A DNA stretch of 59,102 bases from the IMG/VR virus record IMGVR_UViG_3300032284_001102, positions 1-59,102 of that record; one strand, written 5' to 3'. The stretch is from a virus. Its lineage: Duplodnaviria > Caudoviricetes. The notes below the pieces were generated by a model. The model searched no databases. It was not told the origin of the DNA and saw only the letters and a program-made list of their open reading frames with translations. Both the position numbers and the translations under genes were made by a program. Below are positions 38,866-50,484 of the stretch, one piece after another (position 1 is the stretch's first letter; every line of letters begins with the position of its first letter).

Positions 38866-41800
38866 TTATTCTACTAATAAAATTGGTTCATTTGTACTTC
38901 TACCTGTTTTATTTACAGTTAATGTATTTGGATTAGATACAAATGTTTCAACTGGAGACGCACCATCAATTGTATTCCAAACTTTATTACCATTTTTGTC
39001 TAAAAAATATTCATATTTTGCACCTAAATAATATGAATTTTTTAATCCAGTTGTTAAATCGGATACATTTCTATAATGCGTTGGTAAATATCCATCAACA
39101 GGCTGCACTAAAACTATATTACCACTTGCAGTAGGTGCCGTTGAACCACTAAATGGTTGAATATTTAAACTAGTTTCATAGTAAGTTTGAATTGCAGTTA
39201 TATATTCACCCCTCATATCTGCTAAACCATTTGGTAGTATAGATATTGGTTTTAAATATGTTCTAGTTTTTGCAGTAGTTATTAAATTTGCTTTAATTCT
39301 TTCTTTTACAGTTCTTCCATCTTTATTTATATATGTTCGAATTGCAGAACCACTTTCTGCATATAATCCAAATCCAATATCTTCGTATGGTGATTGTCCT
39401 ATTAACTGATTACTATTTATTATATCAATTTCCGTTTGTATTGTTGGATTTTGTAAATTTGCATCAATTAAAACATCTTTTTGATAATCTTCAGCTATTA
39501 AAATTGTTGTATCGTTTTGTATTATTCTTGTGTCAAATTGTTCATTTTCTGCAATAATTTTTGAATTAAGATTTGCATCTATTAAACTTTCAAATTGTTC
39601 GTTTTCTCCAATAATATTTGAATTAAGATTTGCATCTATTAAACTTTCAAATTGTTCGTTTTCAAATTGTAATATGGTAGTATCACTATAATGAATATCG
39701 GTTTCTAATTGTTCATTTTCACCGATTGGTTTTTTATGTGGAACTTTACTTCTTTCTAAAAAATGCGGTTCAATCAATAATCCAACAGTTGCTTTAACTC
39801 TTGCTGGTAACATCTTTTTAATATCTTCAAACATAGATTTCTCATATAGTTTGATTAAATTAATGTATGCATAAATGTCTCTATTATCAAATCTTTGGAA
39901 ATAATAATTTCTTAAACTATCTAATTCCGAATAGTTTGGTTTATAATCATCTGATGGGTCTCCAATATAATTATCAATGTTTAAACCACCAAATGATTTA
40001 GCAATATCAATATTTAATTCTTTTGTAGGTGAGAAAAATAATCCCACTCTATTTGAATCGGTTGGTGATTGGTCAAATGCTTTATTAGTTGCTCTTTGTT
40101 TTGATGATAAATCGGATGTCAATGTTTGTGTTTCAAATCTAACTTTATTAGTTGAATATCTACTTGCACCACCATCTGGATAATCCATTACAATTGTTCT
40201 ATCTATTACCTCAAATTGATATGGATATGATAAAGATGATATAAATCCACTTGCAGATGCATATAATAGCGGCGTTGTGTTTACAGAATATAATGAAGCG
40301 GTTGTTCCATTTTCATAATGATTTCTTGTCAATCCATTTTCAAAATATATGTTAGTATCAACATTTATAAAAGAAGCCGATGGATATAAATTTTTAGGAT
40401 ATTCAAAATCCAAACGGAAATATAAATCAGCAGTAGATGCCGAAATACTATTACCATTTATCATTTCAGGAAAAGAAACATGGTTAAAAAATATCTGTGT
40501 ATCCAATGGTTCACTCCATAATCTAAATTCATCTACACTACCAATATAGTTTCCACCTAATTTTATTTTAGAACCATTATTCCAACTATTTGGTACAGAT
40601 GCGGATATAGATTGTTGAAATGTTGTTCTTTCTTTATCCGATTGTCTAATATCTAATTTTAAACCGGTAGAACCACTACTTACCGATAAACCAAAGAACT
40701 TATCATTGAATATTGGCAATAAAGATGATTCTATTGAACTACTTACTGAACTACTATAATTGAATATTACTTTACCATATTGACTATTTGAAGAACCACT
40801 TAACATTACATTCCATCCGTTTCCAGATATTATAGTTGACCCCGAAATATTAGTTGGTTTTAAAAACATTTCAATTGTGTTTGGAACTCTACCTTTATCC
40901 GTATTTTTCCAATCCATTTCTAAATAAGAACCACTATTCATCACCAAAGCAGTAGTTAGATTATCCATTACCAATTTACTCTTTGGTGCATCATTATCTA
41001 TTTCTGGTCCACCAAACTCTAAAATTGAAAGATTAGATGAAGGAATACCATAACAACTCATTATTGCGTATATACCCCTTCTAGTTCCTTTGTGTTTTAA
41101 TAAGTAAGGTAGGTTATTTATAATTCTTCTCCAAACTTCATAGGTTCTTTGTTTTGCAGGATTGGTTTTTATTAAATTGCCATTTGCATCATATGACTTA
41201 TATTGTTGGTTACCATCTGAATTTAAACCAAATGCATATTCCCAAAGTTTAGAATCGGTAGCCAAATTTTTTGCATCCCAATTCATAGATTTTAATGCAT
41301 TGAATAATAATTTATCGGATATGCCATTTGTTTGTTGATATCCCATTCCTCTTGTCTTTTCAATTGCTTTGGTATGATAGTATATGTTATCAAAATGTTG
41401 CCCTACCATTGTAAAGAAAAGTAATAAATTATCATTATTAGTATCGTTTACAATATATTGTGGAATATTGTTTAATATATAATTTGGGTTTTCTAAATCA
41501 TATAGGTCTGCCTCCGATGCTAAATTATTTAAAACAATTGAACTTGTTATATCGTTGTCTCTTAAATATTTTTCAAATCCATCAAATGATTGAATAATTT
41601 GATTTTTCTTTATTGTTTGTCTTTCTACATCTTGCTGAGATGATAAAGAATTTACCCAAGATGCTGTTTGTGCATTTTGAATAGCCGTATCGTATAATTC
41701 AATTAATTTATTTTTATAATCAAAATTTAGTACTCTTTCTTTTGCAGAACTAAAATGAACAAAATTATTCCAAACATATGTTGAGCCACTCTTATATTGT

Positions 41801-43356
41801 ATGTTTAAATCATTTGTATTAACTACCGATGAACTTATATATGTTGATATTAAATTTAATGAACTTGTAGTTTCTGTTGAAAAAATTAAATCATCTAATG
41901 ATTCAAAGTTAGTAGATTGTCCTTTTACATAATCAACATCAATATTAAAATTAGGCCCTTTGATTGGAGGACACTTTAAATCAGATTGGTCATTTAATAC
42001 AATTGTTTCAATTAATGGATTAGTCATTAATTTTGTAATCCATAAAGTTGAATTATTTGTTACATTTGCTGGTAATGGTGAATATAATTTTAATATTGTA
42101 GAACTTACGACATCATCTGGTTTTACTAATTCATTTCCTAATTCATCTTTTGATTTTTTTGATAATGTCCAATCATCAACTTCCCATGAAGAAATTAGTA
42201 TTTGTTCATCATTTCCAAAATTAGCAAGATGTGTTAAATATTTACTTTCTTTTTCTGGTTCAATAATTGCTAATTTATTTATAAAAGCATCAAATATTGA
42301 TTTTTTAATTAAATCTTCGTTTAAAAATACTTTTGGTAATAATAATTCCGTTTTAATTTCATAATCATTTCCTTCCAACGATTGTTCACCACTATTATTT
42401 GTAGGTTTTAATTTTAATATAACACCAATTGAGGGTGCCCAATTTTGGATTGTATCTTTTAATGTTTTTAAATTAATAGAAAATGAACCATTGGGTGTTA
42501 TAGAAGATAATATTTTTTGAAAAGTATTATCACTTAATTTTAAATAAACATCTATACTACTTGCTGCAGCTGATGTATATTTAACATCATATTTAATATT
42601 GTAATCAGAAAACGATGGTATTGATAATGTAGTTGGATAAATAATTTCTGTTATTGATGGAAAATCATTTACCGAAGAGAATGTTATTATATTTTCTACT
42701 CTATTACCTGTTCCATATGCATTACTAACTGGAACTAAATATATTTTATTACTACCATATATTCCACCAAAATCTTTTTGAAAAAATAAATTAACATATC
42801 CCTGTGCTGCAGAAACTCTAATAGTTTTTGTATTTGATACATATACATCTACAAAATCCGAATCCGTTGTAGTAAATGTAATATTTATTGTTTTTTCTAT
42901 ATCAGAATCTTTAACACTAACATTATATTGTGTTGTAAGTTGTGTAATTTTTGGTGTATTTACTTTTATAACTTTTTCTAAAATTGCAGCAACTGCTATG
43001 CCACCACTTGATAATTCTTTTGTAGATATACCAAATGCTTTATTAACAACATTCCATTTTGAATAGTCTGTTGGGTATAAATCCGATATTGTTTTACTTG
43101 CATAATAAATTGCAGTATACCCAAACCCATCAGGCAAATTACCAACTATATTAAAATTTACAGAACCATTATCAACAATTGTTTTAGTAATTGTTTTGTT
43201 GTCAGTATTACCATCTAATAATAAAACACTACCAGATTGCATTAAATCATTTGTGGCATTTACTATCTGATATTCTAAATTTAGAACATTTGCCAATTCG
43301 TTTTTAAAATTGGAAGTAAATGCAATCTCATAATTTATTAAAGTAGTATCTGCCAT
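38866..43356 (-). CDS. Large baseplate-associated structural protein with LamG-like domain
   Basis: IP.YI...GQHFD, LLKHKGT..G wedge-like motif, G.VDEFRLW LamG-like motif; position in baseplate module. Confidence 0.6.
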   Translation of the reverse strand: MADTTLINYEIAFTSNFKNELANVLNLEYQIVNATNDLMQSGSVLLLDGNTDNKTITKTIVDNGSVNFNIVGNLPDGFGYTAIYYASKTISDLYPTDYSKWNVVNKAFGISTKELSSGGIAVAAILEKVIKVNTPKITQLTTQYNVSVKDSDIEKTINITFTTTDSDFVDVYVSNTKTIRVSAAQGYVNLFFQKDFGGIYGSNKIYLVPVSNAYGTGNRVENIITFSSVNDFPSITEIIYPTTLSIPSFSDYNIKYDVKYTSAAASSIDVYLKLSDNTFQKILSSITPNGSFSINLKTLKDTIQNWAPSIGVILKLKPTNNSGEQSLEGNDYEIKTELLLPKVFLNEDLIKKSIFDAFINKLAIIEPEKESKYLTHLANFGNDEQILISSWEVDDWTLSKKSKDELGNELVKPDDVVSSTILKLYSPLPANVTNNSTLWITKLMTNPLIETIVLNDQSDLKCPPIKGPNFNIDVDYVKGQSTNFESLDDLIFSTETTSSLNLISTYISSSVVNTNDLNIQYKSGSTYVWNNFVHFSSAKERVLNFDYKNKLIELYDTAIQNAQTASWVNSLSSQQDVERQTIKKNQIIQSFDGFEKYLRDNDITSSIVLNNLASEADLYDLENPNYILNNIPQYIVNDTNNDNLLLFFTMVGQHFDNIYYHTKAIEKTRGMGYQQTNGISDKLLFNALKSMNWDAKNLATDSKLWEYAFGLNSDGNQQYKSYDANGNLIKTNPAKQRTYEVWRRIINNLPYLLKHKGTRRGIYAIMSCYGIPSSNLSILEFGGPEIDNDAPKSKLVMDNLTTALVMNSGSYLEMDWKNTDKGRVPNTIEMFLKPTNISGSTIISGNGWNVMLSGSSNSQYGKVIFNYSSSVSSSIESSLLPIFNDKFFGLSVSSGSTGLKLDIRQSDKERTTFQQSISASVPNSWNNGSKIKLGGNYIGSVDEFRLWSEPLDTQIFFNHVSFPEMINGNSISASTADLYFRLDFEYPKNLYPSASFINVDTNIYFENGLTRNHYENGTTASLYSVNTTPLLYASASGFISSLSYPYQFEVIDRTIVMDYPDGGASRYSTNKVRFETQTLTSDLSSKQRATNKAFDQSPTDSNRVGLFFSPTKELNIDIAKSFGGLNIDNYIGDPSDDYKPNYSELDSLRNYYFQRFDNRDIYAYINLIKLYEKSMFEDIKKMLPARVKATVGLLIEPHFLERSKVPHKKPIGENEQLETDIHYSDTTILQFENEQFESLIDANLNSNIIGENEQFESLIDANLNSKIIAENEQFDTRIIQNDTTILIAEDYQKDVLIDANLQNPTIQTEIDIINSNQLIGQSPYEDIGFGLYAESGSAIRTYINKDGRTVKERIKANLITTAKTRTYLKPISILPNGLADMRGEYITAIQTYYETSLNIQPFSGSTAPTASGNIVLVQPVDGYLPTHYRNVSDLTTGLKNSYYLGAKYEYFLDKNGNKVWNTIDGASPVETFVSNPNTLTVNKTGRSTNEPILLVE
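39560..39663. repeat. 57-nt-period repeat (ENEQFESLIDANLNS)
   Basis: Two copies of a 47-nt core at about 39560 and 39617, with degenerate flanking copies. Confidence 0.85.
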
Positions 43357-43366
43357 AATTTTTTAT

Positions 43367-44680
43367 TTATCTATATTCTTTATCTTGTAATCCATTATCA
43401 ACTTGTACATTATTAAAATCACCAGGCATAGTTGGATTGTATGTATGTCCACCACCACCACCACTTCCACCTGCGCCACCACCATTTGGTGGTGGTGGTG
43501 TAATGTACCCACAAGTTAAAGAATTTGTTTCAATTAATTCATTATATGTACCACCATTTCCATCTGCATAAGTACCATATTGGTCATATCCATTACAATA
43601 AGTAGAAATTAATGTGCCTTTTTTTGAGTAAGACGGTTCTACAAATGAACTTGTTACATCATTAAATATTGCAATTGTTCCATCTGGAGAATAAACATTT
43701 TTTTTAATTTCAATATTTGTATCAAATGAATTTAAATTATTTTGTATTTGCTTTTGCAATTCTATTATTGAAAATTCCTTTGGTAATTCATCTATATTTA
43801 TATCTCTTCTTTTTAGTGATTGTAAATTTATATTAATTGCACTATTTAAAATATTTTGTATTTCGGTGGTTATTGTATTAAAATCATATACCTCATAATC
43901 ATCGAATCTATTAAATGACGCTGCTCCAAAATTGGATTCTTCTAAATTGTAATATTTGTTTGTTAAATAATATGTAACCGATTGTTTAAAATCATTAAAT
44001 ATTTTATTTTTTATAACATCAAAATTATTTAAACCAAAATCTGTTTTAAGCGTTATAAAAAAATCATTACCAAATTTATTTACCAATTCATCGTCAATTT
44101 TTGATAAAAAATTATTTTCAAAAGAATTTAAAGAATCTAATATTGTATTTTTATAGATAAAAAAATCTTTATTTAAATTTTGTAGATTTTGAAATTGATT
44201 ATTGTTTATTATATTTACACTATTATCTTTTGTTTTTAATGGAAGAATTCTGATTTCTTGTCTAGATGGTGAAATTTCTTGTATCCAAACTCTTGTTGAT
44301 TCGTTTTCTGTTCCAACTTTATTTCTTACAAAATTTATATTAACTTTAAGAATCCCATTAGTAAATCCCAAATCACTTAGAAGTTTTTCAATATCAATAG
44401 CAAATTCTTTAATACCACTTACATTTGTGATATTATACAAATAAGTTTGTATATCGTTTGTTTTGATGTAAGCAACATTATTTCCAGATTGTTGTGGTAA
44501 TAGGTTATTATTTATGTCATAAACCGATACTTCCATAACATCATGTTTTGACATGCCAAATTCTGTTTCTTCGATTTCATTTTTTGAAATAATAAATAAA
44601 TCATTAGATTCAATAAAATGACCAACATTTTCAGTATTTGAATTTATGTTTGTAAAATTTGTATATTTTTTAATACTCAT
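43367..44680 (-). CDS. Putative structural protein
   Basis: I.EISPSR.EIR motif; Pro/Gly-rich tail; structural module context. Confidence 0.55.
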   Translation of the reverse strand: MSIKKYTNFTNINSNTENVGHFIESNDLFIISKNEIEETEFGMSKHDVMEVSVYDINNNLLPQQSGNNVAYIKTNDIQTYLYNITNVSGIKEFAIDIEKLLSDLGFTNGILKVNINFVRNKVGTENESTRVWIQEISPSRQEIRILPLKTKDNSVNIINNNQFQNLQNLNKDFFIYKNTILDSLNSFENNFLSKIDDELVNKFGNDFFITLKTDFGLNNFDVIKNKIFNDFKQSVTYYLTNKYYNLEESNFGAASFNRFDDYEVYDFNTITTEIQNILNSAININLQSLKRRDINIDELPKEFSIIELQKQIQNNLNSFDTNIEIKKNVYSPDGTIAIFNDVTSSFVEPSYSKKGTLISTYCNGYDQYGTYADGNGGTYNELIETNSLTCGYITPPPPNGGGAGGSGGGGGHTYNPTMPGDFNNVQVDNGLQDKEYR

Positions 44681-44690
44681 AATTTATATT

Positions 44691-45827
44691 TTACCAACTA
44701 GGATATGAATCTGGGTGTTGAACATTACAAGTTGCTATATATGTTTTTTCATCACTAGTTCCATCTGCTCTTATTATTTTAATTGTTAAAAATCCATCTT
44801 TACTTGTACTATGCGCACGGGCACCATATGCAATAAATCCTTTTTTTAATTGTAATTTTTCGGTTTGTGATGGACTTATTGTAATTTTTGGTTTTCCAAC
44901 AATTAAAAATTCATCTTTTGTATCGGTTGTTCCACCTGCAACTATTTCAACACTTATGGGGTCTCTATCACTATTTGTTATTGATATATATTCTCCGTAT
45001 TTAAATTGGTACTCATTACCATGTGCGGATGTTGCATTACTCATTGCAAAATATATTGGATTTTTTCCACCTTCTGCTTTTTGATTAAACGAAACCAATC
45101 CAACTTTATTAATTACTTCTGCACCCAAAGCTGCTGCCGAATCTTTAATTGATTGTACTATTGTAGATTGGTTTTGTACTGCACCCAATTGTGATTGTAA
45201 ACCATCTATAATTGCATTTAATGAGTCAATTTGTTTTATTAATGCTTCAATTTGTGCAAAGTATCCTGCATTTTGTGATTGTAGTGATGCTCTTAAAATA
45301 CTTTCGTCTACTGATTTTTGTAATGATACCGATATTTGTGCTGCAAAATCATTTATTGTACTGGTTAAAGTGTCTATTTGATTCGCCAATACATCGTTAG
45401 TTTGTTCAATTGTCAATCTATTATTTATCTCAGTTTGAACTTGTGATTGTAATGATACAATTGTTGTATTTAATGTTTCAACTTTTGATGTTAAATCAGT
45501 TACTTGTTTTCTTAAATCTAATGATGTAGATAATTCTGTATTATATAGTGGTCTTGGAACTAAATCTAAATTTGAAGATGGTATGTTTGGTAGTAATTCT
45601 TTTACATTAACATCAATTGCTTTTAATAATTCTTCATTATCTAATTTTGTTTTATTCAATGATTTAAATAATAAAGAAGATGCAATATTTGAATCGTCTA
45701 CAACTGTTATGTTATATTCATTTTTTGTAATAGCAGCTGACCCTGATGTACTTAAAATGGTATTTAAGTCAGTTTGTCTTTGCTGTTGTAATTTTTCAGC
45801 AATTGATTCTAAAGCGGTTAGTGCCAT
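44691..45827 (-). CDS. Coiled-coil putative structural protein
   Basis: Long heptad-rich central region and beta-rich C-terminus. Confidence 0.55.
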   Translation of the reverse strand: MALTALESIAEKLQQQRQTDLNTILSTSGSAAITKNEYNITVVDDSNIASSLLFKSLNKTKLDNEELLKAIDVNVKELLPNIPSSNLDLVPRPLYNTELSTSLDLRKQVTDLTSKVETLNTTIVSLQSQVQTEINNRLTIEQTNDVLANQIDTLTSTINDFAAQISVSLQKSVDESILRASLQSQNAGYFAQIEALIKQIDSLNAIIDGLQSQLGAVQNQSTIVQSIKDSAAALGAEVINKVGLVSFNQKAEGGKNPIYFAMSNATSAHGNEYQFKYGEYISITNSDRDPISVEIVAGGTTDTKDEFLIVGKPKITISPSQTEKLQLKKGFIAYGARAHSTSKDGFLTIKIIRADGTSDEKTYIATCNVQHPDSYPSW

Positions 45828-45829
45828 TA

Positions 45830-46918
45830 TTAATCTATTATTTGAAATGTTAATTTATCGTCTATTAAAGTCGATATACCATTTTCAATTATTTTAATTT
45901 TAATTTTATAAGTTCTATTTACAGGCAATGAATTCAAATCCATTACAAAATAATTTGATGTATTATCACAACTTATTTTTGTATAATCACCAAATGGAAA
46001 TATAATATCACCGGTTATATAGTCTTCTAATTGGTAATATGATTCAATCGGAATGTATTTATTTTGGTCATATGCAAACGAAGTGGTAGTAAATGATTTT
46101 GTTGGGTACATATCTCTACCCTTTAATCTAATTTGTATTTTAGAATCTTTTTGATATTCATTTTTTAAATTAGTCAATACTACTTTGTATCCATCTTCAG
46201 CTGAACCCGTTACCATTGATAAACTGGATGAAAATATATAATCATTCCAAACCAATTCTAATTTAGGTTGATATATTGTTCCTGTTTCTTTTGAAAAGAA
46301 TTTAAGTACACCATAATCGTTTGAATCAGCTGAGGCTGATGTGTGGTGGTGTAATATAAATCCATTATTAGATAAACTACTACTAACCCATAAATTTAAA
46401 ATATTTGTAACATCCATTCTAACATCATCCGTTTCATTACTAAACGATTGTGACGACATAGATGCGGTATACCATGTACCTCCACCACCATTTGATATAG
46501 AACCCGTATCAGAACCACTTACATATGAATCTGGTATTACTGTATAATTCATCCATTTATCTGTTCCGTTTTTATAATACCAACTTACGCCATCGGAAGA
46601 TATATTATCAAATTTAGTTCCGGTTCCCATTGTCCAACTTTGAGAAACCGCATTTGCGTAAATAGTATACTCCAAAGGAATTTCGGAAGAGTTTGCTGCT
46701 TTAAGATTAATAAAGGCTTCCCAACTTCCATTAATGTCTCCATTAGAAATTGAAGATGAAATAGATGTTATGTCAAATTTAATTAAAGTTCTAGCTATAT
46801 CCATAGTAGAACCATAATAAAGTTTACCTATTTCTAATATTTCGTCTCTGCCTGCATTTTGTTCAGGTTGTTGTAAGTAAATACTTGCATCGTATGATGA
46901 TGTGTAAAATTTATGCAT
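45830..46918 (-). CDS. Virion protein with DNRLRE-like domain
   Basis: DA.IY...N.G..E.LE, R.LIKFD, W..G.G, DVT, NNGF, FFS.ET...P.L. Confidence 0.55.
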   Translation of the reverse strand: MHKFYTSSYDASIYLQQPEQNAGRDEILEIGKLYYGSTMDIARTLIKFDITSISSSISNGDINGSWEAFINLKAANSSEIPLEYTIYANAVSQSWTMGTGTKFDNISSDGVSWYYKNGTDKWMNYTVIPDSYVSGSDTGSISNGGGGTWYTASMSSQSFSNETDDVRMDVTNILNLWVSSSLSNNGFILHHHTSASADSNDYGVLKFFSKETGTIYQPKLELVWNDYIFSSSLSMVTGSAEDGYKVVLTNLKNEYQKDSKIQIRLKGRDMYPTKSFTTTSFAYDQNKYIPIESYYQLEDYITGDIIFPFGDYTKISCDNTSNYFVMDLNSLPVNRTYKIKIKIIENGISTLIDDKLTFQIID

Positions 46919-48942
46919 TATAGTGCCCTCCCTTTTATGTCTTTGTTAGGATATTTAACTTCGAATACGCAAGGGTCTAAAGAAGGATAAACTATCTTTC
47001 CTTGTGTTGCTTGTTCAATGTTATACCTATTTGTTGAATAATTACCATCTCCACCACATAAATTTGAAATCTTTACCGATGGTACACTCATAACTCCTTC
47101 TACATTTGCTAAAATCAATTCAATTTCGGAAATATTAATTGGTTTATTAAATGTCCAATTATCAATATTAAAATAATCTTGTAAAATAGTTAAGCAATTT
47201 GTAACCACTTCTCTTTTATTAAAATTAGAATAAACTATAATTTCAAAATCAACTCCAATATTTACAATAAATCCATCCATTAAATTTATACCATCCGTAA
47301 TCATTCTATATTCACTTATATATGTCTTTAGGTTTTGTTTAACTGCGTCGTTTATATTTGTTAAATTTTTGTTGACATCATATCCTAAAATGTACATATT
47401 AATTGCAAATGGATTATTTACTTCTGATATATTAGTTTTCTTTTGAATAAGATATTTAATCAATTCTTTTTGAACTGCAGCCTGATTCATACCCTGCAAA
47501 CTCATAACTAAATTTGTAAATTCGGTAATATTTTTTGGATTTGCAAGAATAGATGCGGGTGAATTATTATCAATTTCTCCATCCTGTGAAACATATACTT
47601 TTGCAACACTACCATATTTTTCTGGCATAGATAATGCTCTTACAATATAATCTTGTTTTGTTACTGCTCTATTTTGAGAACCAAATACACCCAATGCGTT
47701 TTGTCTAATTTCTTCTATTGATTCACTACCTCTACCACCTGTTGCAGCTTCTAAATTTTCCACTGCAATAGTGTTTTTATATTGTTGGTAGTTGTTTAAT
47801 TGTGTTGAATCTATTGACAACAAATCTTCATTAAATTCTATTTTAGATATTGTTGTTAAATCTTTTACATTTACATTTGATTCAATTCCACCACCGACTA
47901 AATATTTAATTGTCAATGATTCATTTGCTGTTGGTGATATTCCAAATGTGTTTGTTTTTAAAAAATTTGATGGGTCAATTCCTTGATTTAATCTTTGAAT
48001 TGAATTTGCCATACCCATTCCGACATTTTTTGTATTTGGTATTAAAGTCTCATTACCACTATTTGCACTACCTGGCCCAAATTGAATATCAATAGTATTA
48101 TCTGAATTTACTTTAGAAGAAAATCGTCTAGGTACCGTTTGTACTTCCAAAATATATGGTACCGAACTTTGAGATACATATAAATCGCTATTAACTTGTG
48201 TATTTGGTGTTTCTACAAATATAGTTTCTTGTGCCAAATATGGAACTTCATAGTATTTGTTATTATTAGTATCATTTAAAGATGTTATCTCTATTATATT
48301 CGAATCATTCAATGTTATAGTAGGATAATCGGTTGATGTACCAATTGATTTTGTAGTTGTTATTTCTTTAGCTGATATTGCTTTTACTTTTTTAGTAATT
48401 AGGTATTGATTTGGCTCTCCTGTATTTTCGTATCTATTGAATACATCAATTTCTCTGTCTGTTGAATTTGAAAAATCCACTACATCAATAGTTCTAAATA
48501 CTACATTTGAATTTGATGTAGATGTTACCTCCATACCATCTTTTATTCTAAAATAGTATGATGCATCTGGTACATTATTAGAACCACTACCAATAGAAGG
48601 TACTAACTGATAAACAGTAAGAGTTGTAACTGCTGGTGTTGTTACTTTTGGTTTATATCCCATTGATTGTGCTAATGCTACTACATTTTTTCTTTCCGTA
48701 GCATTTGCCAACATTGATTCTTTTAATTGAGTGTCTTGATAAAATGCAAGCATGTCTCCAATGGCAGCTGCTTGCTCAATGAATACCATTCCTGGTGATG
48801 CTTCATTAAAATCGGCATATGTATTTGGAAAATATGTTTTAGTATAATCAATTAGATTTTGTTTTAAACTATCAAAATCTTTTCCTACATAATTTATATT
48901 TTTAGTATCACCCCAACTTTTATTTGTAGATTTAATCGCCAT
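46918..48942 (-). CDS. Baseplate wedge subunit (T4 gp6/baseplate J-like)
   Basis: DF..LK..LI...YFP..Y.DF, GYKP, I.FG.G, ATGG...ES.EEIR, QNRAVT..DY. Confidence 0.9.
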   Translation of the reverse strand: MAIKSTNKSWGDTKNINYVGKDFDSLKQNLIDYTKTYFPNTYADFNEASPGMVFIEQAAAIGDMLAFYQDTQLKESMLANATERKNVVALAQSMGYKPKVTTPAVTTLTVYQLVPSIGSGSNNVPDASYYFRIKDGMEVTSTSNSNVVFRTIDVVDFSNSTDREIDVFNRYENTGEPNQYLITKKVKAISAKEITTTKSIGTSTDYPTITLNDSNIIEITSLNDTNNNKYYEVPYLAQETIFVETPNTQVNSDLYVSQSSVPYILEVQTVPRRFSSKVNSDNTIDIQFGPGSANSGNETLIPNTKNVGMGMANSIQRLNQGIDPSNFLKTNTFGISPTANESLTIKYLVGGGIESNVNVKDLTTISKIEFNEDLLSIDSTQLNNYQQYKNTIAVENLEAATGGRGSESIEEIRQNALGVFGSQNRAVTKQDYIVRALSMPEKYGSVAKVYVSQDGEIDNNSPASILANPKNITEFTNLVMSLQGMNQAAVQKELIKYLIQKKTNISEVNNPFAINMYILGYDVNKNLTNINDAVKQNLKTYISEYRMITDGINLMDGFIVNIGVDFEIIVYSNFNKREVVTNCLTILQDYFNIDNWTFNKPINISEIELILANVEGVMSVPSVKISNLCGGDGNYSTNRYNIEQATQGKIVYPSLDPCVFEVKYPNKDIKGRAL

Positions 48943-48948
48943 TTGGTT

Positions 48949-49386
48949 TTAGTTATTTATAGTTACACTTAATAATTCAGTTAATGTTGTATTTGATTTT
49001 AAAGAAAACTTAACATCAACACTAATTTTATTAGTATCTATATCAGCTTCATTATAATCAAATATAATTTGTTCAATATTCAAATATGGTAACCAAGTTC
49101 CAACTGCATCTAATATAGACGATTCTATTTTAGTACCAATTGTTTCTTCATTTATTTGTTCAAATAATAATCCCCAAATGTCACATCCAAAATTTGGATT
49201 CATCAATCTTTCACCTTTTTTAGTTAAAATTAAATTTTTTAAATTATCTTTTGCTTGAGTTAGTGTTGTATAATTAACTGCAAAAATTCCATTAGAATCG
49301 GAAGTTCTATTTATTCCAATACCAAGTACTTTGTAATCATTTTCCGTTAAATCGGTTACATTAAATTTGCCTAACTCTATTGCCAT
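48949..49386 (-). CDS. Baseplate wedge subunit (gp25/GPW-like)
   Basis: NL.NLILTKKGERLMNPNFG...LFE...WLPY. Confidence 0.9.
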   Translation of the reverse strand: MAIELGKFNVTDLTENDYKVLGIGINRTSDSNGIFAVNYTTLTQAKDNLKNLILTKKGERLMNPNFGCDIWGLLFEQINEETIGTKIESSILDAVGTWLPYLNIEQIIFDYNEADIDTNKISVDVKFSLKSNTTLTELLSVTINN

Positions 49387-49886
49387 TATTTAAATCTCTT
49401 TACTAATTCTGAATAATCTCTTGTTAATGCCTTTACAGTTGCATCAGCTAATGGGTCACCACTTGCTTCCAATTGTTGTGGAATATTTTGTGGGATTCCT
49501 GATTCTCTAAAATCCATCGTATTCCAATCTTCATCCATTTGCATTGTTGGTTGTATCATATCCAATACACTTCCACCGGCACCTGGCATACCACCCTCTG
49601 CTCTTTGTTGTGCAGTAAATGGTTGAGTTTGGTTTAGTACCTCATTCAACATTGGGTTATTTGTAAATACTTTTTGTGGTTGTTTTGGTACCTGTGTTAT
49701 TTTTTTAATTGGTATTGCATACTCAGGAACTTCAGTCATTTCTTTTAATGACATTGTTGTTTTCTTTTGTGAGTTTAATGTAACTACACCAGATTTGATA
49801 AGTCTAGTTAATTCTTCTTTAACTTGTTGTTTAACTTCGTTTTTAACAACTTCTTTGATTAAAGTTAGTAAAATTTCTGATTTCAT
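49386..49886 (-). CDS. Hypothetical protein
   Basis: IKEVVK.EV N-terminus, LNEVLNQT, RDYSELVK; TATTTATT upstream at 49913-49920. Confidence 0.7.
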   Translation of the reverse strand: MKSEILLTLIKEVVKNEVKQQVKEELTRLIKSGVVTLNSQKKTTMSLKEMTEVPEYAIPIKKITQVPKQPQKVFTNNPMLNEVLNQTQPFTAQQRAEGGMPGAGGSVLDMIQPTMQMDEDWNTMDFRESGIPQNIPQQLEASGDPLADATVKALTRDYSELVKRFK

Positions 49887-49934
49887 AAATAATTGTTCTG
49901 TTATGTTTTAGTAATAAATATTGAAATATAAAAT

Positions 49935-50483
49935 TTAGTCCGATACATAATATCCAGACCATGGTACAATACCAGGTGCGATGGGTGCAGGTGGAGGATA
50001 TTGTGCCATTACTTGATATATTCCCGATATTGTTGATAAATGTAATTTTGCTGAATTTATAAATGCATCTAAAAATGCGTCTGGACTATTTGATGGTGCA
50101 ACTGGGAATTTTGTCCAACTCCCAATTGATAAAACAGGTGCAACTATTGTTGATACATTTTGGATTGAACCTGCTGCAGGTACTTTGGGAGGTAATTGTA
50201 ATAAACTTGTACCACCCCAATATGATAATATTGCAGGGCCAACAACATCTAAAAATGTTAATTTTGTATCTATCTGAGTTGCTTCTAAAAATATTAATAA
50301 TAAAGCTTGCATTGTTTTTGTATTTCCATTTAAAAGTGGAATATCATTTAATGGTTCTTTTCCACTTTTAATTGCAACATCATATGCTAAAGTAAATGCA
50401 GTTGCAAACCCTTTCATATCTTTACCATATGACATTGAAGTCATTAATGGTTTTAATGTATTTTTAAAATTACCCCAAGACAT
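49935..50483 (-). CDS. Hypothetical baseplate-region protein
   Basis: 182-aa ORF directly after the gp5-like gene; H..T..G and PW.GY C-terminus. Confidence 0.65.
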   Translation of the reverse strand: MSWGNFKNTLKPLMTSMSYGKDMKGFATAFTLAYDVAIKSGKEPLNDIPLLNGNTKTMQALLLIFLEATQIDTKLTFLDVVGPAILSYWGGTSLLQLPPKVPAAGSIQNVSTIVAPVLSIGSWTKFPVAPSNSPDAFLDAFINSAKLHLSTISGIYQVMAQYPPPAPIAPGIVPWSGYYVSD

Positions 50484-50484
50484 A